Of a stretch of 64,000 nt of DNA, positions 42,443 through 56,128 are shown in pieces (the first letter of the stretch is position 1; every line of letters starts with the position of its first letter). The position numbers were made by a program, and so were the translations under genes. The stretch lies in the NCBI GenBank assembly GCA_012295275.1, contig CM022674.1, forward strand, positions 11,098,001 through 11,162,000, given 5' to 3'. This stretch comes from Chrysomallon squamiferum. Taxonomy: Eukaryota; Animalia; Mollusca. The notes under the pieces are model-generated. The model was not told the DNA's origin, ran no database searches, and was given only the letters and a program-made list of their open reading frames with translations.

Positions 42443-42583
42443 CTTTGACCCTGACCGTATGACCCTATTGGCGTGAGGGGGCAGACCTGGGTCGCCATTG
42501 ACAATTCCATTTTCTTCTCTGGGACATTCATTACAGTCACTGTTTGCCATCCCAGAACCAGCAAGGTGTTTTAGAAAACTGTC
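42443..42583 (-). CDS. PLEKHG5: PLEKHG5-like exon (symmetric 141 nt, possible cassette)
   Basis: ttttacag|GAC...AAG|gttagt. Encodes DSFLKHLAGSGMANSDCNECPREENGIVNGDPGLPPHANRVIRSGSK. Phase 0 to 0. Confidence 0.8.
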
Positions 42584-42979
42584 CTGTAAAACGAAATAAA
42601 AACACCCCATGATTTTAATACTACTGTAACTCATTATACTATTACAAATGCTACACAGAAAGTCAGCATTGTACACTCAAGAGTCAAAGGGTTAATAAGA
42701 GATTTACATAATAATTAAATTGTAGAAAGGTAATAGTCACAGTGGTTAACTAAGTACTAATTGTAGAACTGTACTACACTGTAGAACTGTCATAATTTTA
42801 ACACAACTTGTTAAAACAAGCTTTTAATATGACCACTGTCATTGCGTTTAAAACAACAAGACAGATAATGATAAACAATACAAAATAGTTAATGATAAAA
42901 TAAAACAATAGTTATTATGGTTATAGACACAACAGTTAACAAAAAGTATAATACATTACTGAACTGTTATAAATACAAC

Positions 42980-43182
42980 TAAAACAAATATGTAGATTGT
43001 AGAACTAGTTAAAGCAAATACATACATTGTAGAACTGGTTACAACAAATTATATACATTGTAGAATTAGTTAAAACAAATACATACATTGTAGAACTGGT
43101 TAGAACAAATACATACGTTGTAGAACTAGTTAAAACAAATAACATACATTGCGGAACTAGTTAAAACAAATACGTACATTGT
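42980..43182. repeat. ~30-bp degenerate tandem repeat, ~6 copies
   Basis: Unit like acattgtagaactagttaaaacaaatacat. Confidence 0.85.
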
Positions 43183-44154
43183 GATAAGCTGATAAACAAA
43201 GTAGAGGTAAATAACTGCTAGTAAAGTCTTTGTTGGTTACATAAACACAGTGTAAATTGACTGTGAATAAACAAATAACACTCCCGCCAGTGATGGGTAA
43301 GATTTAAAGCTGGGAAATCAATAAATTGGATGTGTAGTGAAATAGCAGTAATCCATGGCGGTAGAAGGCAGAGAAAAATCAGGAAAATACAAAAAAAGAA
43401 GAAATCGTTATCAAAGTCAAATACAGGTTATACAGTGAAACCAGTTTAAAATGTTCTCTTCAGATTGATTTTGCAAATAATATTACAGTTTTAGCGAGAG
43501 TAAATTTCAGTGGAAGTAAAAGTCACAAGGGTTAAAAAGGAAAAAGAATCGGAGCAAGAGGAAAAGTTTTAAAACCATCTCCACCTATTTGAATTGAAAC
43601 TACTGCGTGTTCATTAAAATTCTGTTAATTACATTGTCATTTTGTGTATAGAGTTGGGTGTGTAGACACAAAAAGAAAAGCCTATAAATAAAATATCAAA
43701 ATAGTATTACTACTCTACTAAAGATGCAGCAGCAGTAACAACAACATCAGTGACCACAACTAGTTCTGCAGCTACTGCTAATAATAATAATAATTAAAGT
43801 AAAAATTAATAAATAAAATTCAATAAAAATGGAGAATAACTGAGTTTCTGATGGATGAATTAACAAGTTAATAGTTTCTCTCACCAGTAAGGGACAGACA
43901 GATGGCTGGATGTACTGATGGGTGGTTATATAAGACAATCAGTTAATAAATAATTTACAAATGGTAGAAACAACAAAGCTAGTGTTCTTTATAAAATGGT
44001 TTTGCTCTGGTTTAAAATTCACTTTATAACAAGTTGTAAGTATAAAGTGGTTTCACAGTGGTTCAAGATGCACTGAATACATGGATGTAAGTACAAAATA
44101 TTTTGTACAAAAAGGCTCCATTGATTTGAAATGCTCTTTATAAAAAGGAATGTT

Positions 44155-44750
44155 CTGGATAAAGTGGTTTCACCATGGTATTAAATACACTGACTAAGGA
44201 AGTATCCTGGATAAAGTGGTTTCACCATGGTATTAAATACACTGTATAAGGAAGTATCCTGGATAAAGTGGTTTCACCATGGTATTAAATACACTGACTA
44301 AGGAAGTATCCTGGATAAAGTGGTTTCACCATGTTATTAAATACACTAAGGAAGTATCCTGGATAAAGTGGTTTCACCATGGTATTAAATACACTGACTA
44401 AGGAAGTATCCTGGATAAAGTGGTTTCACCATGTTATTAAATACACTAAGGAAGTATCCTGTATAAAGTGGTTTCACCATGTTATTAAATACACTAAGGA
44501 AGTATCCTGTATAAAGTGGTTTCACCATGGTATTAAATACACTGACAAGGAAGTATCCTGTATAAAGTGGTTTCACCATGGTATTAAATACACTGACTAA
44601 GGAAGTATCCTGGATAAAGTGGTTTCACCATGTTATTAAATACACTGTATAAGGAAGTATTCTGGATAAAGTGGTTTCATTGTGGTTTTGAATATACTGT
44701 ATAAGGAAGTGTTCTGTATAAAGTGGTTTCACTGTGGTTTTGAATACATT
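44155..44750. repeat. ~48-52-bp minisatellite, ~11 copies with decayed flanking copies
   Basis: Unit ctggataaagtggtttcaccatggtattaaatacactgactaaggaagtatc. Confidence 0.95.
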
Positions 44751-45010
44751 GCACTAGGTGGACAAAGTAATTGTATCACTGTATGTTTAGTAACATCTGT
44801 TGAAGGTAGATAACACTAATATACAAAACACCTGTGTGCATGTCACCTGTACTGTAACATTGGTATAGTTTACTTTAACGTCACATACAGCTTTGCACTG
44901 CTTGTTTCTTTTTTTGTTTTGTTTAAGTGCAGTGGATTTATTATTTCAATTATAATTTGCAATAGTTATTTATTTATTTATAACTTTGTTTGTTTTTTGC
45001 TTTCTTTTCT

Positions 45011-45065
<55 letters not shown>

Positions 45066-45548
45066 TATTATTATTACGGTTATTATTATTTTAAAACTAT
45101 TTATTGGATTTTAATTTGAGCCAATTTATAGAACTCATGGCTTTAACTTTATTTAATGTAGAAATCAAATTAAATTGGTAAAAGCAAAAATATAAACTAT
45201 ATTTAAAAAGTTTATTAACTTACTTACACAAAAGTCAGCTATCTCATTTCTAAATTCAGATATCAAAATTATTCATCATAGTTTATCAGCACTGTCAAAA
45301 AATGATATTATACTTCTCAAGTGGTTTCAGTTATTTTAAACTTATCACTAAACTAGATTTTTGACATCAGAAATAAAGTTTTTATCATATTAGAATTTTT
45401 CAGTTGAACTATATTTATATTTTGCCCATTTTTCCATAATACTTTATAAATGCATTTTAAGACATAAGGAACTTTTTGCTATAGTCTTTGTAAAACCAGT
45501 TGTTTGGTGGGTGGAATGGGCAATAAAAACACTAAATGATAAACTTAC

Positions 45549-45624
45549 ATTTTTACTTATACTTTTCTTCTTGTAAGCCTTTTTTCTCTTCAGTTTTGTT
45601 TCATGATGGCTGGGAGTGTACGCC
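45549..45624 (-). CDS. PLEKHG5: PLEKHG5-like exon, Lys-rich linker
   Basis: ttttctag|G...AAT|gtaagt. Encodes (R)AYTPSHHETKLKRKKAYKKKSISKN. Phase 2 to 0 supplies exactly the needed phase change. It parallels the basic KLSKKKARRR stretch recalled from vertebrate PLEKHG5. Confidence 0.85.
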
Positions 45625-45629
45625 CTAGA

Positions 45630-46020
45630 AAATAGTAATAATAATAATAACAATAACAATAACAATAACAATAACAATAATAATAATAATAATCATATTA
45701 ATAATATTAATAATAGTAATAATAATAATAACAATAATAATAATAGTAATAATGGTAATAATAATAATAACAACAATAATATTAATATTAATAATAATGT
45801 TAATAATAATAATAACAATAAAAATTAATAACAATAATTAATAATAAAAATAAAAATAATAATAGTAATAATAATAGTAATAATAATAATAATAATAATA
45901 GTAATAATACTTATAATAAAAATAATAATAATAATAATAATAATAACAGTAATAGTAATAATAATAATAGTAACAGTAATAATATAAATAATATTAAAAA
46001 CAATAATAATAAATAAATAA
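45630..46020. repeat. Degenerate (AAT)n tract abutting the acceptor of exon 45624
   Basis: Direct reading. Confidence 0.92.
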
Positions 46021-46509
46021 ATAAATTAATAAATTTCTGTTCACATCACTTCAATATATAATATAACATAATATATATATAAAACATGATCAAGCAGATT
46101 CATAAAATATTTGTGTAGATAGTTAATACAGAGTTACTGGCCTTTATAACAAAATTATCTTTCTGCCACATTAATCTATGTAAGAAAGAGTTGTCACCCT
46201 TCATCAGTGTCCATTAATTATTATTATTATTATTAATCCTTTTGGACACTAATCCCAGTAATGCTGAATACTGCTGATTTTAGATAAACAAACACTCATA
46301 TATATGTATACATTGTTTCCAACAGACAGACAGACAGACAGACAGACATACTAACTCACTCATACAAATACTTATACAAACAGACATATACAAACATATA
46401 TATATATCCTCAAATAAATACGCACATACATATGTAAACATAAAAACACACACATAAACAAACATACAGAGAGATACCCATCCAGACACATAAATATATA
46501 CACACACAA

Positions 46510-46568
<59 letters not shown>

Positions 46569-46635
46569 TACACACACAAACACACACACAAACACACACA
46601 CACACAACACAAACAAATACCAGGGCAGTACTTAC

Positions 46636-46759
46636 CGGTTGAGGGAATCACTCTTTTTGATGTAGAGTCCATCAGTAACATCGTCTTCCTCGGTGTCAGC
46701 GTCGCTGTGTGCGCCAGTCTTAGACTCACACACTGACTGCTGCTGTACCACCGGCTTCC
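46636..46759 (-). CDS. PLEKHG5: PLEKHG5-like exon, acidic linker
   Basis: tttgacag|GG...AACCG|gtaagt. Encodes (R)KPVVQQQSVCESKTGAHSDADTEEDDVTDGLYIKKSDSLN(R). Phase 1 to 2 fits both neighbours. Confidence 0.88.
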
Positions 46760-46763
46760 CTGT

Positions 46764-47330
46764 CAAAACACAAACACACGTAAACAAACAAACAAACAAA
46801 CACACGTAAACAACAAACATAAACAAATATAAACAAACAAACACATGTAAACAAACAAATAAATATAAATAAACAAACAAACACACGTAAACAAACAAAT
46901 AAATATAAATAAACAAACAAACTAACAAACACATATAAACAAACACACGTAAACACACAAACAAACAAATAAACAAACAAACATACAAATATAAACAAAC
47001 AAACAAAAACACGTAAACAAACAAACAAACACACAAACAAACTAACAAACACATATAAACAAACAAACATAAACAAACAAACAAATAAACAAACACACAA
47101 AAAACAAATATAAAAAAACATAAACAAACAAACAAACAAATATGAACAAACAAACAAACAAATATGAACAAAAACAAAGAAATAAATATAAATAAACAAA
47201 TAAACAAACACACAAATATAAATAAACAAACAAATAAATAAATATAAATAAACAAACAAACATACAAACAAACAAACAAAGAAATAATTAGATAAATAAA
47301 TAGATAAGTAAATAAATAAATAAATAGACA
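46764..47330. repeat. (AAAC/AAAT)-based low-complexity tract abutting the acceptor of exon 46759
   Basis: Direct reading. Source of the FVCLF ORFs. Confidence 0.92.
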
Positions 47331-47815
47331 GTTAGATTAACAGACAAACAGATGGATAGTCAAGTAAGTAAATAAATAAATAATGTAGCTTATTAAATTT
47401 GTATATTTGAGTTTTAATGTGCAAATATTCACTGTACATATGTGAATCTTCTTTTTGTTTTTGGTTATGTATGTATGTATGTATGTATGTATGTATGTAT
47501 GTATGTATGTATGTGTGTGTATGTGTGTATGTGTGTATGTATGTGTGTATGTATGTATGTATGTATGCACATTCAAGTTTTATAGTACATTTATTAATTC
47601 TATTTATTCATAATCACTTTAATATTATTTATTAAATACATTTATATCAAACAGAGTAAACAAAAATGAAATTAGCACAATTTTTCTTTCCTTATACAAG
47701 ATTTAAATATAATCTTGAAAGGATATTAATCATTTCAGATTAAAACAGTAAAAGAAATAATTATAATAAAGTAAAACTTTAACACATAGATAGTGTTTTT
47801 GGTTGATATACCCAC

Positions 47816-47945
47816 GTTTTCTAGGTGCATCAAGTACAAGATGGCCGCTTGAATCAGTGTTGTTATGGATACTGAGGTCACACTCCCTGCATAGCAACAG
47901 AGGTCTGTCACTATTGTTTTCTGAACACTCAGGGTGGTGGCATAT
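47816..47945 (-). CDS. PLEKHG5: PLEKHG5-like exon, Cys/His-rich putative zinc-binding motif
   Basis: ttttag|ATA...AAAC|gtgggt. Encodes ICHHPECSENNSDRPLLLCRECDLSIHNNTDSSGHLVLDAPRK, which resembles the recalled vertebrate PLEKHG5 segment CHHPECQQLN...LCEACD...GHVRFD. Phase 0 to 1. Confidence 0.9.
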
Positions 47946-48212
47946 CTAAAACAAAAAATTAAAATTAAAATTAAAATTAAATTTTTAAATAATATAAAAT
48001 AATTTATAATAATGACTGTAAAATTGCACTTCACATTTCAGAATTAAAATATTATTAACTAATACACTAATATTGTTTTAGTTTAATTATTTCAGTATTT
48101 TGTTCTATACAAATAAATCTGTAGCAATGCTTAGCATTTTAAAAAACACCAACAACAGTATATAAGTTAATTTAATATATGACAGTGCAACCCTTTGAAA
48201 AAGTATGTTTTG

Positions 48213-48252
<40 letters not shown>

Positions 48253-48650
48253 ATGTGTGTGTGTGCATATGATGAAATATGTTTTAAAAACATTTATATA
48301 TATTTAAAAATGGGAATGATAATATGCATATTTAACATATTTGTAAAAACATGGATGACAATAGAGATGTGTGTTTTGTGTGTATTTGTATGTCTGTATT
48401 TATGTGTATGTGTGTTTGTTCAGAAAGATAGACAGATGGACAGACAGACAAACATACAGACAGACAGATAGATAGATAGAGACAGATTAAAAAACATGTT
48501 TAACAATCTGTATTTTTAAAAATAAATATGAAAATGTATGACAATATATGTTTCTTATAAAAAGTGATGTATAAAATACAATGTATGTCCTTTCTGCTCC
48601 ACAGCATACATAGAAATGAGATTCTATATCAGCTACATCATTATAACATC

Positions 48651-48734
<84 letters not shown>

Positions 48735-49295
48735 TGCAGACACAGACAAACAGACACAAACAAACAGAGATGCCTGGACAAACATTAAAATTTCAGAAGT
48801 ATCATACAGACAGACTTAACGAATGTGACACACACCTTTTATTACCTTACACAAACAAACACCTGTAAGAAAGGTAAGTAAAAAGTGTACACAGTGCTTG
48901 TCTCTGAGCTGAGCATGTTGTCAGAAGTGTCAGTGAAATGTTAATGTTTGTCACCCAGCTTGTACAAACCTGTTGATACAAAGAGGTGTTTCCAAAATCA
49001 CAGTGACAGCTCAATTCTTTCAGAATGTCATTATTTATTTATTTATTCTAATTTTATTTATTTATTTATGAAGGTATTTATTCACTTATTTATTTACTTT
49101 ATTTATTTATTCATTTATTTATTGGTATTTTTATGACTGTATCTCCACCTATTAATGTACATAAAATAATGTAATAACCGAATAATTGTTTTTGTTTATT
49201 CAATCATTTACTAGTATATGCTAATTTGTTATATAGCTGTTGATATCAAGTGGATCCTGTGTAGGCATATGCTTTTCTGTCGTGTGTGTGTGTGT

Positions 49296-49338
<43 letters not shown>

Positions 49339-49601
49339 TTGACTGAATGTGCATATATATGTTTATGGATGTATATCTATACATTCTTTACCTTCATTCT
49401 TTAATAAACTTTTTTTTTTCTCTTAGAGTTATTATTTCATAGTTTTTGAATTTTATTTTATATGTCACTAATTATTATCTGTATATTCCTTTATGTTACA
49501 AGTATTGCTACAGAACTTGTTTATTAAAAATACATGGTATGTGCTATTGTATCAATGGAATGATGCATATAAAATATATTTTTGTTTATCAGTTAGATAA
49601 A

Positions 49602-49794
<193 letters not shown>

Positions 49795-50757
49795 CAGAGA
49801 AACACTGACAGAAAAAAGAGTGAGACAGAAGGATAGAGAAAACATTAAATATATAAAAATGTCAGCAGTTTGGAATACGAGTAAACTGTGTTAAAGTACA
49901 GAAGGGTCAGGATTCCCTTAGCCCCACCCTGCATCAGCTGAGCACCATTTTATATTTATGAATCAAAACTCGTTTGACATTTGTTAAAAATATACATACA
50001 CAGAATAAAAAAAGTCTTTAAAATACATTTATACAGATGTATAAGGAAACTGGCCTGTGGTTTTATTGTTCAGACTGATAATTCGACATGAGGAGGAAGT
50101 GCCAGACTGTGTATTAAAAACAACGGGAGATGAATACAACTTGTATTTAACATGATGAGGTGTCACATACGACTGAGTGTGTACAATAACCTCGTTATTC
50201 CAGCACACTTGATAGACAGACAGTAAATAACACACTGAATTAACATGTAAGTCAGCGGGTTTCTTCTTTTTATGCTCAAAACTCAGCTTTTTTTATGCTT
50301 CTGTAAATTTTTATTTTTATTTTTCATAATGATAAAGGATCATTCACTGTCAAACATGTCTAGTTATCTAAATGGATGTGTTCACAAATACATGCAAGAA
50401 TGTATACGTATACATAACTTTATACAATATATAGCTACATAGATATGTGCACACATGCTTTGACACAAACACACATATACACATGCATCTCTGTGTGTGT
50501 GTGTGTGTGTGTATCTATATACATACACACACAAACATCTATATATATACACACACACAAACACACACACACACACAAACAGACACACACATACTGCAAT
50601 AATAATAGTGATAGTGACAATGATAATGGTAATTGTAATAACAGTAATAATGATGATGTTGATGATTATAATGGTAATAATAACAGCAATAATAATAAAA
50701 CAACAACAACATCAACACTACCACCACCACCACCACCACCAACATCTGCAACAGTAG

Positions 50758-51013
50758 TAAAGTAATAACACTAATGTATCTAAACTTACAGACAACAGCT
50801 GCAACACTAATACAGTAATAACACTAATGTATCTAAACTTACAGACAACAGCTGCAACACTAATAAAGTAATAACACTAATGTATCTAAACTTACAGACA
50901 ACAGCTGCAACACTAATACAGTAATAACACTAATGTATCTAAACTTACAGACAACAGCTGCAACACTAATAAAGTAATAACACTAATGTATCTAAACTTA
51001 CAGACAACAGCTG
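50758..51013. repeat. 53-bp tandem repeat, ~4.8 copies
   Basis: Unit agtaataacactaatgtatctaaacttacagacaacagctgcaacactaata(c/a). Confidence 0.95.
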
Positions 51014-51344
51014 AACAGCATCAAAAATATTATTTAATTTCTCTCTGTGTAAAAAAGACTTTTCGAACAAACTTCCCAAATTTTTCAAACTCCACAATTC
51101 CATGGTGCCAGTGTTCAATACATGACTATCCACAAAGCTACAGATATCTACAGAGAACAACATGTACTAATACAGACAGTAATATAGATATATTCCAAAT
51201 ATTACCATAGTATCACATATTGTTATTATTCATGGGGTGTAATACAAATAGATATTCACTGCGTGTCATACGATATGAAGTAACAGAGAAAGTTCAGTCT
51301 GTGTGTTATGTATAGACACTGACAGTTTAACATGCCAGACTTGC

Positions 51345-51392
51345 TGGCACATTGGTTAAGCAAGCTGCCATAGGTACTAGGATCAAATCTTT
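51345..51392 (+). mobile_element. Possible decayed tRNA-derived SINE head
   Basis: tggcacattggttaag (A-box-like) followed by ggtactaggatcaaatc (B-box-like). Confidence 0.25.
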
Positions 51393-51473
51393 GAGTGTGT
51401 TCCTTGTCTGGGCTAATAGGTCTTCAATTTCAGGAATGATTTTATCAGTTTTCTCTCTATTTCTCCACTCATT

Positions 51474-51480
<7 letters not shown>

Positions 51481-51555
<75 letters not shown>

Positions 51556-51621
51556 CTCTCTTTCTCTCTCTCTCAGACTCTCTCTCTCTCTTTCTTTCTC
51601 TCTCTCTCACTCTCTCGCTCT
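51481..51621. repeat. (TC)n microsatellite
   Basis: Direct reading. Confidence 0.95.
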
Positions 51622-52461
51622 CAATTTGTCTCATTAGCTTTTATTTTCATTCCTTTCTCATCCTTTTTCTTTCTTATTCTGTTAAATATATTCAAAACAA
51701 CAGGCAAAGAGATACTAAAACACTAAAATCATCTAACAAAATCACTTACTACATTACATTATTACTTTTTAACATACAAATTTTCTTTAAAAGTTTATCA
51801 TAACTTTTTTGAATTTTTTTTCTCTTTATTTTTGTTCTACTTACTCAGGTATTTTTGTTTTTCATCATCTGCCTAGTTTTCTCATCCTGCAAACCCATCT
51901 TTTCAGGGCAGAGTTAATTTAAACAACTGATTTTAAAAAGATAAAAAGACAAACAGTACAACACATGTTGTATTTGTTGTCTGCAGTAGTTACCCCTTTA
52001 TGTTCTCTTTTCACTAACCAATGCTTCATATTTTAGAGGTTTTTTGTAGACAAAAGAAATGAAAGAAATGTCATGACAAATACTAACCAATAGTAACTAT
52101 CACTGGCACAGTCTTTGTGCACAATTTGCAAAGACAGTCTGATAAGCTGGAAATTCTGAAACCATCAGACTTAATGTCGAAAACTGGAAACAAAAAGTAT
52201 CCATATTCATAGGTAAAATTTCTGCATCATCCTATTCATTTCTATTTATCTGTCAAACAATCTGTTTTTCTGTTTATTATATATAATTATTTAGATTATA
52301 CAAATAAATATTTTGTTTCTTAACCCTGAATCCATACACAAATGTATGGATGCACACCTCTGCACACACTTATAAACAGACATACATAAACATATGTATT
52401 CATGGTCACCCACCACACACCCACATGCACTCTCACAATCACATATTCTCACACACAAACA

Positions 52462-52497
<36 letters not shown>

Positions 52498-52989
52498 AAA
52501 ACACACATAATTCACAACCATCAATCTTCCATCAACAAATTCAGTGACGCTATCATATTTCTGGGGTAAAATTCAATTAAAAGGTTTAACAAAAACATCC
52601 AGTTTGTTCACCCCTTTAATCCCATCTCCTAAGGACATAGAGACTGTTTGAATAACTCCTGTGATTTGTTAAGTTATTAAACACACACTCACATAACGGA
52701 GTTATTTACCTTTGTGACCATGTAACACTTGCAAGGCTTACATATTTACTGTTCTGATCACATAACACAATGTACATACTAACCTCACTGGTTACAAACC
52801 TGTAAAGTGGGTTACAGAGATGTTGTGTAACACAATTTGCTGTAACAGCAGATTTAGAAGTTTCAATATTTTTAATCACTGGTTAATGTAGTAGAAAATA
52901 TTTTTTGTTTTTATTAATGGTTGATAAGATAATTAAATTCATTCAAACGCAGGTATAGACAGATACATATTGACAAATATGCATACATT

Positions 52990-53123
52990 AGCACATTCAT
53001 ATACATACATACATGCATAATATGTTCATAGACATACATATACATGCATAATACATTCATAGACATACATATACATGCATAATACATTCATAGACATACA
53101 TATACAAGCATAATACATTCATA
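52990..53123. repeat. ~31-bp tandem repeat, ~4 copies
   Basis: Unit acatacatatacatgcataatacattcatag. Confidence 0.85.
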
Positions 53124-54232
53124 AAAGTAAACAGACACACAAACAGAGAAAACACACAAACACAACACAAACTTACATACACGTACACTAAGTACCCACA
53201 TACACCCACACACACTTTTAGACACACAGATGCACTGACTCAACAAGGTAACTAAATTAATACACATGAGGTCACACCCATATTTTATGGAATAAATTTT
53301 ATATGACTGTAAAATTTTACAGCAGGTATATACATTAAAATGTCATAATATTTAAATAAAACTGTGTATGTTTTGAATAATGCATTTGTATTGTGCATCT
53401 GTTTTAAACTTTGCATGATATGTATTCAAATTATAGTCCTTGTATCAAAATTTTCACCTGATCCATGTTTAATGTAGAATATCTGTAAAACTTTGTATTT
53501 ATTACCTAAATAGCATATATAATATTTATCATATTGCTCAATCATATAATAAATATATTCTATTACTTTACATTATACTATACCATACTATACTATAGTT
53601 ACATAATTATAGTATAATTATACTGTATTATGCTATACTATACAAAACTATACACTATTTTATCCTACCATAGTACAGTAAAATATTGTACTCTGTTCTA
53701 CACCTCACTATATTATACAAGACTAAACAATATTATACAATACTAAATTATACTGTATTATGATATATATATTACATTATATTATATAATGTTATATTGC
53801 ATTATATTACTTATATTATGCTGTTATATTATATTATATTATATTTCAGAAATATATGTGATATGATATATGATTAAGATACACATAAGAAAAGACATCA
53901 TAGAATATGATATTATGAGTGTGAAAAGGCACACAATACAGAAATGTTCCTATTCACAAAATGCTTTTTACACAGAAGTGAGACAGGATGTAGCTATAAA
54001 ACGCGAGTGTGTAAACTAGTTTTGTTACTTTGTATCAACTCAGTAAGCTGTAGACACCTGAACAGAGCAAAGATTTATAGTTTTAAAATGCAAACAAAAA
54101 GAAAGAAAAATTAAAAAGAAAAAAAAAAAAAAACTGAAAAGGAAGTGAAGACATAGATCAAGCAGGGAAAAGAGAGGTTGCCACAAGACAGAAAGAGATA
54201 TGAGAGGGAAATGTGTATATAATGTGTGTGTG

Positions 54233-54266
<34 letters not shown>

Positions 54267-55084
54267 CATGTTGTGTGTGTGTGTGTTTGTTAAGAGAGAG
54301 AGAGTGAAAAAAAAAAAGAGATAAGAGAACGACAGAGGTAAAAAGTTGAGAGAGAAAGATAGGAGAGGAAAGCAAGAAAAAGAAAAAATGATTTTTTTTT
54401 AAAGTAAAACTTGAAGAGGCTGGAACAAGAGATAGTGAAAATAACAAAAAGAAAATGAATTAGATTAACAGACAATGAGAGACAGAATGAGAGTAGAAGT
54501 AGGATCAAAAAGTGAAAAAGACTAAAAAAATCAATATAATGTATTCAGGAACAATTATAGTAATAATAAAGAATACAATGAAAGTCTTACAGTGTTGTCA
54601 CTTTGAAAGTTTCACAATGTTCTAACATAAAAGGATGAAATTTACTGCTTAAGTAACAAGTAGAGCAGAACTTATTAACATAATTTATGAGATAAATTCC
54701 GTGGATAATAAAAATAAAAAAGTCAGAATTTTCCTAAGGTGACATATTAATGTTTAACTCAATGAATTTCATTATCTGCATGATCTTACTTTTCATTCTA
54801 TTTATTTTTAGAATTTTTTTCTTTAAAGTTTTCAAAAGATTTTTATTTTACATTACTTTTTTTCAAAAGTCTTTCTTTCTGTAATAACTTTATATTGATT
54901 AATTTTATTTAAATGTTATTTTTTTTGTTCTTACAAAGTCATGATGGGGTTCATGAAGAAATCCAGGCACAGGACATTTAAATAACAGTTATAACAGTTA
55001 GGTGTCAAACATACATCTTGCATATCTATATAGTATCTTCACTGATGTCCTTCATAAAGCTACTCAACAACAAACATAATCAAT

Positions 55085-55168
<84 letters not shown>

Positions 55169-55471
55169 GCATGTGTGTGTGTGTGTGCATGCATGCATGT
55201 GATCTATTTTAATAATAAAAAAGACACATTGGTTGGAATGGGAAAATACCAGTGGAAGGATTTGATACTTAGATCCTCAGAACCACTAAACTATAATTTC
55301 TTTGAACCTTTTGAAGTCAACTGTATTATTTTCTTTACTTATTTACATATTGATACTTTTTCTGTTTTTTTCTAAAATTTATATCCAGAATACAAAATAT
55401 AGCTAGTACAGTCAAGGACCACGCCCTTCAAATCAAAGCTAAGTAAGTGAAATAAAAAGTAAAATTCTTAC

Positions 55472-56128
55472 CATTGCTTTGTGAGTTGATGTGACTAAAC
55501 ACTTTTCTGGAGAATTCTGAGTCTGAGGTTTAATCTCAACAAATTTCACTTCAACTGGCACATAACACATTTTATTACATGTGCAGATGTTAATCAACTG
55601 TTTTTTTAACACCTCTTTATTTGACAAATGTGTCATAACTTCTTTAAACTTTTTATCATTATATCCATCATCTTTTGAAACTTTCACTTCATTCTGTGAG
55701 GGTTCCAAAAAAATATCATCATCCCCATCATCCAGATGATTATCATCATCAAGACTAGGTGTGCTGGATACAGAACATGATGAAATTGTATCCAGTGTAA
55801 ATCGATCGAATTCTTTTTCATTTGCATCATTAAATTCGACTTCTTTTATCAGGTCTGAGAAAAGTTTGGAGATGTCACCATCGATGCTGTCGTCTGTTGA
55901 TGGTGAAAGACACATTGGTGACGTGCACATCGGTGGTGTTGATGACAATGGTGACATGGAGATGGCAGAGTCGGCATTTTCTGCGTCACGTGAACATGGC
56001 AGGTCAAAAAACGATTCAGGAGACAGAACCAAAGATTCAACATCCGGGCTCACTGCTTCTTCTGTCTCCTTCTTCTTCTTTTTGGAAAAACTCCGAGGAA
56101 ACTTCTTTCTTTTCAACTTCATTTTCAT
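55472..56128 (-). CDS. PLEKHG5: PLEKHG5-like RhoGEF, probable first coding exon (219 codons; polybasic start then Ser/acidic disordered region)
   Basis: Only long non-repeat ORF in the window (MKMKLKRKKFPRSFSKKKKKETEE...THKAM). It ends ATG|gtaaga in phase 0, matching the phase-0 exon at 47945. Linkage to the gene is by phase and position, not by recognised homology. Confidence 0.75.

Noticed and set aside
46280-47279. Long hydrophobic ORFs (FVCLF..., CVCV...)
   Set aside because: Low-complexity repeat read-through. Only 46636-46759 has exon features.
48851-48862. Possible 12-nt microexon (VFVC) after tttcttacag
   Set aside because: The donor is ambiguous (two GTs, weak exonic context) and there is no independent support.
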